Shown piece after piece: positions 10,105 through 18,161 of a stretch of 64,000 bases of DNA. The translations under genes and the position numbers were made by a program. The number at the start of each line of letters is the position of its first letter. The stretch's first letter is position 1. Source of the DNA: Chloroflexota bacterium (GTDB lineage: Bacteria > Chloroflexota > Dehalococcoidia > GIF9 > UBA5629); contig VGNY01000001.1 of NCBI GenBank assembly GCA_016865895.1, positions 1,533 through 65,532 on the forward strand, written 5' to 3'. A model generated the notes under the pieces. The model was given only the letters and a program-made list of their open reading frames with translations, had not been told where the DNA came from and searched no databases.

Positions 10105-10859
10105 CTGGTTGGCGGAAACGGCCCGAACTGAACCCAATATAGAAGCTCCAGCATCCGCAGTTCTGTCATTTCAGTTTGGAGATGCTTCGATAATTCCCGT
10201 AGCGCCTGCAATCTCGGAAAATACTTTCGGCCAAATATTCGAAGTCTGTCCATACAGGTTACGATTCTATCGGCCTTGCTACCAAAGTCGACCCTTAGCG
10301 CCTCCAGGAGTACGCTGTCGCAGATCGGGATGAGTTTTGGCCGTTTCCGATGCAACGCCTTGGTCAACCTGGCAACACCAATGCCAGAATGTCTTAACAA
10401 CTTGGCAAGAACATCATGAACGACTCCTTTACGACTTTGCCATTCTAGGTCATTCATGCCGAACAAATCCCAGTCGCCAATTTGAGCAATAGACTCACCA
10501 ACAATTGGTGCCCATGTCTCGGCCGACATTCTGGCTGCTATCTGGTTCGCTATCCGCCTATCTTCATCGCTTATCTTATCTGGTTCAGACGGTACCACAC
10601 AATCGTATTTTGGGAATCTATTGAATCGCTTTAGGTAATAGATAAGGTCTTTTTCGGAGCGTTCCCAGTGGATTTCTTTTGCCTCGGATTTGATAAGAAC
10701 AGCATTGGCAACAGGCTTTCCTCTAATTTGTATTGAACCTAGTCTTTTACGCCTCAGTTTTTCAGCGCACTTCCGACAATGAACGATCTTTCGTCGCGCA
10801 TGAGCTTCAAACTTCTCACCACAGATTTCGCAAGTTAAGATGAGTAGTTGTTTGGCCAT
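10092..10859 (-). CDS. hypothetical protein: N-terminal CxxC-x14-CxxC zinc ribbon plus DUF6308-like/HhH-like C-terminal domain
   Basis: Zinc ribbon CEICGEKFEAHARRKIVHCRKC. GIGVARLTKALHRKRPKLIPICDSVL resembles the conserved KLL.RKRP.L.P..DS motif I recall for DUF6308 and OGG-fold-like families. Start moved to the MAKQLL ATG at 10859. Confidence 0.6.
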   Translation of the reverse strand: MAKQLLILTCEICGEKFEAHARRKIVHCRKCAEKLRRKRLGSIQIRGKPVANAVLIKSEAKEIHWERSEKDLIYYLKRFNRFPKYDCVVPSEPDKISDEDRRIANQIAARMSAETWAPIVGESIAQIGDWDLFGMNDLEWQSRKGVVHDVLAKLLRHSGIGVARLTKALHRKRPKLIPICDSVLLEALRVDFGSKADRIVTCMDRLRIFGRKYFPRLQALRELSKHLQTEMTELRMLELLYWVQFGPFPPTSKKS

Positions 10860-11028
10860 ATATGTCTCTCTGAATATTAGCATGGTCTATTATACCAATG
10901 CTATGAAAAAATTCTAGGTAGTACCGAATTGCACACAACTCGGGATTGTTTAGTATCCCCACTTACATTCCGCTGATTGAATCACTCCAAAATCCGCATC
11001 TTTTATCATGAAAATCGGCTAGAACCTC

Positions 11029-11057
11029 TTGACAAAGACAATCTTTAGGCTTATAAT
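11029..11057 (+). promoter_or_regulatory. consensus sigma70-type promoter TTGACA-17 nt-TATAAT
   Basis: TTGACA at 11029-11034, a 17-nt spacer, then TATAAT at 11052-11057. It lies ~38 nt upstream of the GGAGG SD (11083-11087) and the TTG start at 11095. Confidence 0.6.
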
Positions 11058-11094
11058 GTTACTGGCATATGCCACCATCAATTGGAGGTAATAT

Positions 11095-11889
11095 TTGACA
11101 CAAAGAGCTATGCAAATAAAAGGGGGTGATCTCTTAGTCAGGATTGCTGAAGTAGCAACCGTTCTAGGACAAGAAGGCCGGGAATTTAACAGGCACCTTG
11201 TCGGACAGTTTGAGGAGTGGAACAGGGTGAATGTCAAAGAGTTGATAGATGCCGCTACCATATCCAATGAGCATCTAATTTTCTATGAGGCGGTGGCACA
11301 GACACTTGGCTGGCTTCAACAAATACCAGTATTGAGGGAAGGCAGCATAAATGACCTGAAGGAAAGACTGTTGCACGTGCCAGTGATCTACCTGCAGGTA
11401 CTTTTGGAGGCTAGGGGTGGACTGGTCGAGGAGGCAGGTCAGCGGCTAATAGAACTGCTGGACCAAAGCAAGAAGGAAACCGAGGTGAAAAGACCTAGGA
11501 GACTTTTGGCTGTGATAGCTGGTCTGGAAACCTGGTCGAGGGTTCAATTGCCAGATGTGGGCCCCAGAGGAGTGCTGGACTTGGAAGAAGTACAGCGCCT
11601 AGCCTTAAGTGCCTGTGGGCGCGCTCGTTGGACAGCATTGGCACCACTGAAAATGTATGCCATCTATAAACTGTCCAAAAACGTGGTCCTACCAACCTTT
11701 AGAGGGTTATTTCCACCTATGGGCACCGCTGTTTCCAGGGGAATTGAGCGCATTTTTGGCTTCACCTTGGGAGAATCTGAGAACGACTATTCAATCTCAA
11801 GAGGGCTCCACTTGAGGCTGGCAGATTTGGCACAGATGACGATATGGGATATCAACTCCGGGTTCTACAGGCTGGGAGGCGGTTTCTGA
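11095..11889 (+). CDS. hypothetical protein (264 aa), first gene of the uncharacterised island operon
   Basis: TTG start 7 nt after GGAGG. Long ORF with normal composition. No family recognised. The C-terminal LFPPMGTAVSRGIERIFGF is only vaguely HhH-like. Confidence 0.55.
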   Translation: MTQRAMQIKGGDLLVRIAEVATVLGQEGREFNRHLVGQFEEWNRVNVKELIDAATISNEHLIFYEAVAQTLGWLQQIPVLREGSINDLKERLLHVPVIYLQVLLEARGGLVEEAGQRLIELLDQSKKETEVKRPRRLLAVIAGLETWSRVQLPDVGPRGVLDLEEVQRLALSACGRARWTALAPLKMYAIYKLSKNVVLPTFRGLFPPMGTAVSRGIERIFGFTLGESENDYSISRGLHLRLADLAQMTIWDINSGFYRLGGGF

Positions 11890-11942
11890 GAAAAAACTGC
11901 TCACATGATGAGCATCATAATGGCAATGAGAGGGTGATAATA

Positions 11943-12611
11943 ATGGTAAAAACCCAAATTCGGCATGGCATCGGCGATATAACAATCTCATACCCCAAAT
12001 TCCCTTTTGACGAGACATTCAATGGCGATGGTGGTGGCGGGGAAATTTGCTTTATCTGTGGCAAGACTATGGGTGAAGGAGAGTTATTCACCTGTGCATC
12101 CAGGCTGCTACAGACATGCGAAGGCGATAAAGTGAAACCCAAAGTAATTGAAGCTGTGGCATCGTTACAGGTATGTCTGCCGTGTACTCTGTTGTCTGCT
12201 TACGATAAGCTGCAGTGGGCACATAAACCAAAACTCACCAAGGTTGAACTGTATAGCTTCTACGCATATGCCAGCCTGTTAGCCAAGTCTATAACGTGGT
12301 TGAAGTCTGACAGCAGAGTACAAAAGGAGTTTATGGAACACCTCATTGAAGAAACCGATTATCTACCTGTTGAATTGGATAGAGCTGATCTCCTTGGGGG
12401 CATCTATGACAGTGTCCCAGCTGTAATCACTGATGGGCAGTGCTTGAGATGCAGCTCCGCCGTCAACCCCAGCAATCCTCATATAGAGTTTAAGATAGCG
12501 ATAGACATACCGGGGCACAAGGGAATGAGCTCGTCCAATATCTGGAGATTAGGCGAATACTGTGACCAGTGCTCAAACCAGCTGCTGCCACTGTGCAGCC
12601 GGTTATGGTGA
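11943..12611 (+). CDS. hypothetical double zinc-knuckle protein (two CxxC...CxxC pairs)
   Basis: Cys pairs CFIC...CLPC and CLRC...CDQC. The ATG at 11943 is preceded by GAGAGGGTGA. The ORF-track start at 11844 would overlap the previous gene by 46 nt. Confidence 0.55.
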   Translation: MVKTQIRHGIGDITISYPKFPFDETFNGDGGGGEICFICGKTMGEGELFTCASRLLQTCEGDKVKPKVIEAVASLQVCLPCTLLSAYDKLQWAHKPKLTKVELYSFYAYASLLAKSITWLKSDSRVQKEFMEHLIEETDYLPVELDRADLLGGIYDSVPAVITDGQCLRCSSAVNPSNPHIEFKIAIDIPGHKGMSSSNIWRLGEYCDQCSNQLLPLCSRLW

Positions 12612-12635
12612 AGATTCTCTTTAAAATATAGGAGT

Positions 12636-13016
12636 ATGTGCTGTTGTGAAGATAATCCTTCGTACAAAGGGAAAGGAGCAGAAAGGGCTATGGAGGTCAT
12701 AGGAGGAATTATCGTTCTTTTTCTGTTTAGCCTCCCTCTACTGGCAATATTTCTGCTATTACTATGTGTGTCTCTGAGATTACTTGCATGGCTATGTGAT
12801 GGCCTAGCCTGGTTGTGTGAGGGTCTAGGCAAAATATGTGAGGTGTTATTTGAAAGGAAAGGATCAACAATAACTCCCTATGCTTCCACCTGGGAACCTG
12901 ATGGAGGAGGTATAACTTGTAGCGCGGCTGCTACTGCACAAGAACTAAGCATGCCATCTGTTATGGGTGCAGTCGAACAATATATTTGTGGAACAAGAGA
13001 CACTAGTAAGGAATGA
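12636..13016 (+). CDS. small Cys-rich membrane protein (hypothetical)
   Basis: Hydrophobic segment VIGGIIVLFLFSLPLLAIFLLLLCVSL is followed by the repeated LAWLCDGLAWLCEGLGKIC. The real start may be the ATG at 12690, which has better SD spacing. Confidence 0.4.
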   Translation: MCCCEDNPSYKGKGAERAMEVIGGIIVLFLFSLPLLAIFLLLLCVSLRLLAWLCDGLAWLCEGLGKICEVLFERKGSTITPYASTWEPDGGGITCSAAATAQELSMPSVMGAVEQYICGTRDTSKE

Positions 13017-13022
13017 GATAAG

Positions 13023-13604
13023 GTGACAATGGATCTTACCCCCGGCGCATTTGCTGAACAAGTTCTTAAATGGTACCGAATCTGGGCGAATGCAAATCGC
13101 AATTATTTCCCGGTTGAGGAAAAACTATCAGACAAAGCTTCTCGTGTGGGTTATCTAAATATGGTTGACCTCATAGAAATAACAAGGGTGCTTGGTAATC
13201 CACATAACATAAGAGGTAGAGTTCAGACAGCAAACACTGAAGCAACCGTAATACGAGCCACTAAGAATGCAATTTTGCATCTAAATGAACCGATAGAGGC
13301 TTACAAAAGCATGTGTGAGATAAGACAATGGGGCTTGGCATATAGAACCAAGACCTTGCGTTGCATCTGTCCGCGAAATTATGCGGCACTTGATAGCAAA
13401 ATTCACGTATGCATAGACAGGCGCTACTTCCCATCGAGAGACGAGGGTAAGCGATATTGTGAGTTTCTTAACTTCATTGAGCATATAAAACAGAAAGTGT
13501 TAGTGCCTGGACCTCGGAATGGAGAATGGTTTATCGCTGACATAGAAATGGCACTATTCCAATTTGCTTGGGAGCCGAATAATAGGATTATATGGCCGGA
13601 ATGA
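13023..13604 (+). CDS. hypothetical protein, possibly OGG-fold/HhH-like (distantly related to the 10092-10859 product)
   Basis: WGLAYRTKTLRCICPRNYAALDSKIHVCID parallels the G.A..TK.L....P.....DS motif of the divergent gene. Start is GTG 13023 or ATG 13029. Confidence 0.5.
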   Translation: MTMDLTPGAFAEQVLKWYRIWANANRNYFPVEEKLSDKASRVGYLNMVDLIEITRVLGNPHNIRGRVQTANTEATVIRATKNAILHLNEPIEAYKSMCEIRQWGLAYRTKTLRCICPRNYAALDSKIHVCIDRRYFPSRDEGKRYCEFLNFIEHIKQKVLVPGPRNGEWFIADIEMALFQFAWEPNNRIIWPE

Positions 13605-13790
13605 GTTCTACAATATCCCAGCCTCTTTAGCAATTGTACTTAAACTCATTTTTTACCTGTCACACTTTGGCATTTGTTACTCTAATCCTTAGCTGGCAAC
13701 TTATTCAGCCTACACTAAATACTCTGCCATCACTGTGACTGTCAATTGTGTACTTCGAGACCATTTAGTAATTCCTACCCGTCATTGCGA

Positions 13791-13855
13791 GCAAAGCGTG
13801 GCAATCTCAAGGGGATTGCTTTGTCACTCCGTTCCTCGCAATGACAGTCTGAGTG
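13791..13855. repeat. MITE-like element, family A variant (termini GTCATTGCGAG ... CTCGCAATGAC), 65 bp
   Basis: Perfect 11-bp terminal inverted repeats. The internal cgtggcaatctc is shared with 6148-6159. The same termini are seen at 29063/29279 and 30422/30507. Confidence 0.7.
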
Positions 13856-13915
13856 AATAAACACTCTGCACTTCTGCGAAGACACTAGATTTTGCTTAAT
13901 AATCGCCTGCGATGG

Positions 13916-13944
13916 TTGACAAATAGAAAAAAGTGTGCTAGGTT
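13916..13944 (+). promoter_or_regulatory. candidate promoter of the kamA operon (TTGACA-17 nt-TGcTAGGTT extended -10)
   Basis: TTGACA at 13916-13921. TAGGTT at 13939-13944 is preceded by TGc. It lies ~50 nt upstream of the GTG start. Confidence 0.35.
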
Positions 13945-13995
13945 GTTAATGAAAAGTATTTCATACTTAATATTTCATTAAAGGAGAAACAATAA

Positions 13996-15366
13996 GTGAC
14001 AAAAGTGGCAACTGCCCTAAGGAGTCAAGTCGAAGAAGAGGAACCTCCAGGCCTTATCACCACGAGAAATGAAATGATAGTGGAGGAAGAAGAACCTCCA
14101 GGTAGGACGGCCGTTACCGATGGTACGGCCGTTATAAATGAGAATAGCTTCCCCACTCAAATCCAGCAGGAAAATTGGAGCGATTGGAAATGGCAATTTC
14201 GTAACCGAATCACCACTGTTGAAAAACTGGCGACTCTAATCCCCCTTTCAGCTAAAGAAAAAACTCAGCTTAAACTAGTAACCGCAAAATATCCTCTTTC
14301 AGTAACACCTTACTACCTCTCCCTAATCAACGTATACGACCCTCATGACCCTATCAGAAAACAGGCAATACCGGCTTTTGAAGAGATAACTCTTGGCCAC
14401 GTAGGTCTTGAAGACCCACTTGGAGAAAAAAGAGACTCTGTTGTCCCCGGACTGGTCCATCGCTACCCTGACAGAGTACTGATGGTGCTCACAGACATCT
14501 GCCCCATGCTTTGTCGCCACTGCACACGGAAAAGGGAGTGGCATAATGGCGGTTGGGTACACACTCCAGGTGAAATCAAAGCGATGTTGGACTACATCCA
14601 CAAGCACAAGACCATCAGAGACATTATCCTATCCGGCGGCGACCCGCTGACCCTTTCCACACGACGATTGGAAGACGTTATCTCCAAACTGAGGCAAATA
14701 GACCATGTTGAGATAATACGCATTGGCACCAGGTTCCCTGTGGTACTGCCGCAGCGCATAGACGATGAACTATGCACTATGCTCTCGAAATACGGGCCAA
14801 TATGGCTTAATACTCAATTCAACCACCATCACGAGATAACGCCAGAGTCAGCAGCGGCTTGCAACCGCCTCCTACGAGCTGGCATCCCGGTGAGCAATCA
14901 GTCGGTGCTTCTTCGGGACATAAACGACACCACAGAAAAACAGACAAAGCTATGCCACGGGCTTCTCAAGATAAAAGTACGCCCCTACTACCTTTTCCAG
15001 TGTGACGAAGTTCAAGGAACTGAGCACCTGCGCACTTCAGTAGAAACAGGCCTAAAAATAATAGAGGGGATGCGCGGCCATACCTCAGGCCTAGCTATAC
15101 CTACCTTTGTTATAGACCTACCAGAAGGCGGTGGCAAAGTTCCTCTCCAGCCGAACTATGTGTTAACACAAACAGAAGAAGAACTGGTACTGAGAAACTA
15201 CCAGGGGCGCTTCGTATGGTACCGGAACCCTAAAGATAAAGCCAGCCCTGAACTAACTACTGCAGCAGAATTAGATAATCCATTTGTCGACAGTTTTAAT
15301 GAAGCACAGCGCCAGCTCCAACCAGTGAGAGTCAGAAATGAGAATAGGGCTCGTATACGACCTTAA
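13996..15366 (+). CDS. kamA: lysine 2,3-aminomutase (KamA family radical SAM/PLP enzyme) with a repeat-containing N-terminal extension
   Basis: Cluster motif CPMLCRHCTRK. PLP-lysine motif PEGGGKVPL. The segment NWSDWKWQFRNRITTVEKL...PYYLSLI...PGLVHRYPDRVL is collinear with clostridial KamA as I recall it. Both lysine epsilon-amino-binding Asp residues are retained (QCD and VID-LPEGGGK). AAGGAG SD precedes the GTG start. Confidence 0.85.
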   Translation: MTKVATALRSQVEEEEPPGLITTRNEMIVEEEEPPGRTAVTDGTAVINENSFPTQIQQENWSDWKWQFRNRITTVEKLATLIPLSAKEKTQLKLVTAKYPLSVTPYYLSLINVYDPHDPIRKQAIPAFEEITLGHVGLEDPLGEKRDSVVPGLVHRYPDRVLMVLTDICPMLCRHCTRKREWHNGGWVHTPGEIKAMLDYIHKHKTIRDIILSGGDPLTLSTRRLEDVISKLRQIDHVEIIRIGTRFPVVLPQRIDDELCTMLSKYGPIWLNTQFNHHHEITPESAAACNRLLRAGIPVSNQSVLLRDINDTTEKQTKLCHGLLKIKVRPYYLFQCDEVQGTEHLRTSVETGLKIIEGMRGHTSGLAIPTFVIDLPEGGGKVPLQPNYVLTQTEEELVLRNYQGRFVWYRNPKDKASPELTTAAELDNPFVDSFNEAQRQLQPVRVRNENRARIRP

Positions 15367-16345
15367 AGAAGCCGTGCTCTCTGGGGCATACCTGCCAGAG
15401 GATGCCCTTGAGGAATATGATTCGCCTGAGACGATAGAGGCTATTGCCACAGCACTTCAGGCCGAGGGACACTCAGTGGTCAAACTAGGAAGCGGCAGGG
15501 AGTTCATAACTAACATCATCCATAATAACGTTGACTTTGTGTTCAACATCTCCGAAGGACGGGGCAACTATAGGAGCAGAGAGGCACAGGTGCCTTCTAT
15601 CCTGGAAATGCTCGGCATACCCTATTCTGGTTCAGACCCTCAGTGTCTGGCGATATGCTTGGACAAACCACTGACCAAGATATTAGTAGCAAGTGCTGGA
15701 ATTCGCACCCCAAAATGGCAGGTAATCACTAATGTCAGCCAGCTAAATCAAATAATCTGGGATGATTTCCCATTTCCCGCCTTCATCAAGCCAGCCTATG
15801 AAGGCTCAAGCAAAGGCATTCGCCTTGGCTCCCGAACAGAAACCGCGGCACAGACATGCCAAATAGCAGCGGAACTCCTGGAGCGCTACCAGCAACCGGT
15901 GATGATAGAGGAGTTCATCGCCGGCGATGAAATAACGGTTGGTGTCCTCGGCAACTCCCCAGCGACAATTCTAGGCATAATGCGTGTTCTGCCCAAGAAA
16001 AAGAGCGACTATTTCATTTATTCCCTCGAAGTGAAGAGAGAGTGGGTGCAATTGGTGGAGTATGAATGTCCCGCCGAATTGGGAAAGGACATTTTACAGG
16101 AAATTACAAACTCGAGTCTCAAGATGTTTGAAACTTTGGGCTGTCGTGATTTTGCCCGAATTGACTTCAAACTCAGCCCTGAGGGATTACCTTACTTCCT
16201 TGAGATAAATCCACTAGCCGGGCTCAATCCAACGAGCAGTGACTTGCTACTAATGGCCTATAAACTTGGCTGGACATACCAAGCTCTTATTTCAGCTATA
16301 CTCAATGCCGCTCTACAAAGGTACCCACAGTGCGTCCGCGGATAG
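15338..16345 (+). CDS. ATP-grasp ligase, D-alanine--D-alanine ligase family (substrate unknown)
   Basis: 335 aa. Ddl-like layout: N-terminal MRIGLVYDLK, central ATP-grasp FPAFIKPAYEGSSKGI, and C-terminal RIDF...YFLEINPLAGL. Overlaps the kamA 3' end by 29 nt. Confidence 0.75.
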   Translation: MRIGLVYDLKEAVLSGAYLPEDALEEYDSPETIEAIATALQAEGHSVVKLGSGREFITNIIHNNVDFVFNISEGRGNYRSREAQVPSILEMLGIPYSGSDPQCLAICLDKPLTKILVASAGIRTPKWQVITNVSQLNQIIWDDFPFPAFIKPAYEGSSKGIRLGSRTETAAQTCQIAAELLERYQQPVMIEEFIAGDEITVGVLGNSPATILGIMRVLPKKKSDYFIYSLEVKREWVQLVEYECPAELGKDILQEITNSSLKMFETLGCRDFARIDFKLSPEGLPYFLEINPLAGLNPTSSDLLLMAYKLGWTYQALISAILNAALQRYPQCVRG

Positions 16346-17328
16346 CGATTATCTATAATGAGCCTAACCCTGACCTCTATGGCACCATAGTAGAAAAGAA
16401 AGCATCGCTTGCTATCCTCACAGGGATGGAGGCAATCCATCAAGCTCTAACCGATTCAGGATATCCTGTCATTCGCATACCTTTAATACCACCACTCGAG
16501 TCAGCTAGAGAAAGGCTCAAAAACATTGAAGCAGACCTGGTGTTCAGCCTCTTCGAAGGTTTTGATGGTCAGCCGGAAGCTGAGGCAGCTATAGTAAATT
16601 CCCTTTCAAAGCTCGGGCTAACCTACACTGGTTGTCCCGGAACTGCCCTGTCTCTGGCACTGGATAAAGTGAGGACAAAGACACGCCTGGATGCAATAGA
16701 CGTAGACACACCCGATTACCAGCTATTAAGCCCCGAGACCGTTTCCATGTTTCACATGAGTTACCCTTGTATCGTCAAACCGTACGCAGAGGACGGAAGC
16801 AATGGTATAACAGAGGAAAGCGTGGTGTACGACTTCACCTCGTTACAAAATCAAGTGAGGACAATAAGTGAGCGCTTCAGAGGAAGAGCACTGGTGGAGG
16901 AATTTGTGGATGGCCGCGAATTCAATATTACAGTCCTTGGAGACAAGAAGCCTACACCTCTGCCTATCTCCGAGATAGTCTACTCCCTGCCACCGGAGAT
17001 GCCAAAGATTCTCACCTTCTCTGCTAAATGGGAACCACAAAGTGTATATTTCGAGAATACCAAAGCTGTCTGTCCCGCTGAGATAAGCGCTGAACTGCAA
17101 GAGCGCATCATAAAGACCGCCGTTTCCGCCTTTAGGCTGCTGGGGCGCCATGGCTATGCCAGAGTAGATTTTCGATTGGATAGCGAAGGCAAACTTAAGA
17201 TAATAGACCTGAACCCCAATCCTGACATATCCCCCGACTCCGGAGCAGCACTTCAAGCCAGCGCTAAGGGAATGAACTACAACCAGTTTATTGAAAAAAT
17301 CGTGCTGCTCGCCCTTGAAAAGGAATAG
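16330..17328 (+). CDS. second ATP-grasp ligase, Ddl family paralogue (substrate unknown)
   Basis: 332 aa. Motifs YPCIVKPYAEDGSNGI and ARVDFRLDSEGKLKIIDLNPNPD. GTG start overlaps the previous gene by 16 nt. Confidence 0.75.
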   Translation: MRPRIAIIYNEPNPDLYGTIVEKKASLAILTGMEAIHQALTDSGYPVIRIPLIPPLESARERLKNIEADLVFSLFEGFDGQPEAEAAIVNSLSKLGLTYTGCPGTALSLALDKVRTKTRLDAIDVDTPDYQLLSPETVSMFHMSYPCIVKPYAEDGSNGITEESVVYDFTSLQNQVRTISERFRGRALVEEFVDGREFNITVLGDKKPTPLPISEIVYSLPPEMPKILTFSAKWEPQSVYFENTKAVCPAEISAELQERIIKTAVSAFRLLGRHGYARVDFRLDSEGKLKIIDLNPNPDISPDSGAALQASAKGMNYNQFIEKIVLLALEKE

Positions 17329-17330
17329 GG

Positions 17331-17810
17331 ATGGGACCCACCATCAGGCCAATGACTAGCGAGGACAAACCAGCTATAATGCGGATGCTACGCAAAATAC
17401 CAGAATTCAAACCAATCGAAGTAGATATAGCTGAGGAAGTTCTCGAAGACTATCTGCAAAAACCAAATCATGGTGGTTACCACGTTTTCGTGGCAGAAGC
17501 TGGCTCGTCAATCAGAGGCTATATTTGCTACGGGACTACTCCCCTGACCGAGGGAACCTGGGACATATACTGGCTAGCAGTTGCTCCCAGTGAACAGAGA
17601 CGGGGCGTAGGAAAAGCCCTGCTCGCATTCGCCGAGGATAAAATCAAGAATACTAAGGGAAGGTTAGCCCTCATTGAAACGTCCTCCAAGCCGGAATATG
17701 AGAGAACAAGGCGTTTCTACCGCTCCCAAGGCTACACATTAGCCTGCCGAATCGCCGACTTCTACGCGCCAGGTGATGATAAGCTGGTTTTCCAGAAGCG
17801 GCTCGGGTAG
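17331..17810 (+). CDS. GNAT-family N-acetyltransferase
   Basis: 159 aa. Acetyl-CoA binding motif LAVAPSEQRRGVGKALL. Starts 3 nt after the preceding stop. Confidence 0.8.
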   Translation: MGPTIRPMTSEDKPAIMRMLRKIPEFKPIEVDIAEEVLEDYLQKPNHGGYHVFVAEAGSSIRGYICYGTTPLTEGTWDIYWLAVAPSEQRRGVGKALLAFAEDKIKNTKGRLALIETSSKPEYERTRRFYRSQGYTLACRIADFYAPGDDKLVFQKRLG

Positions 17811-17852
17811 GGTATACTTTAAAGCAGCATCAACAATAAAATAAAAGAGGGT

Positions 17853-18132
17853 GAGGCGAAGCTAAAGCCTCGCACTACATTTTCCTCTCCCTTATGGGAG
17901 AGGAGCAAGGTGAGGGTGAATACTGTCGAAGCCCCCCTGACCCCCCAGCAAGGGATGGAGAATCCTTTGGTAAGTCCACCAATGTAGTGCGACCCCTTTC
18001 CACGACCTGGCCCATGGGGTGACCAAGTCGGGACAGGAGGGTCACCCACGACCACCCCACATAGCTGCGACCTTTTAAGGTCGCTGAGCGGTGGAGAGCT
18101 GTGAGCGACGCTAAAGTCTCACAGCTACAGTG
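17853..18132. repeat. repeat-dense intergenic block (nested family C and family D elements)
   Basis: Contains gaggc..gcctcgcactacatt (family D half) and cctctcccttatgggagagg + caaggtgagggtgaa (family C, also at 26560-26619). Also contains aatgtagtgcgaccc and gcgaccttttaaggtcgc ... cagctacag (family D variants). Confidence 0.65.
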
Positions 18133-18161
18133 AGAAACAATCACACCACGGAGAGGCCAAC

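Noticed and set aside
12479-12832. 117-aa minus-strand ORF inside the island
   Set aside because: It overlaps two co-oriented plus-strand ORFs that have SD sites. It has no SD of its own. It is kept only as a remote alternative, because the small plus-strand membrane ORF is itself low-confidence.
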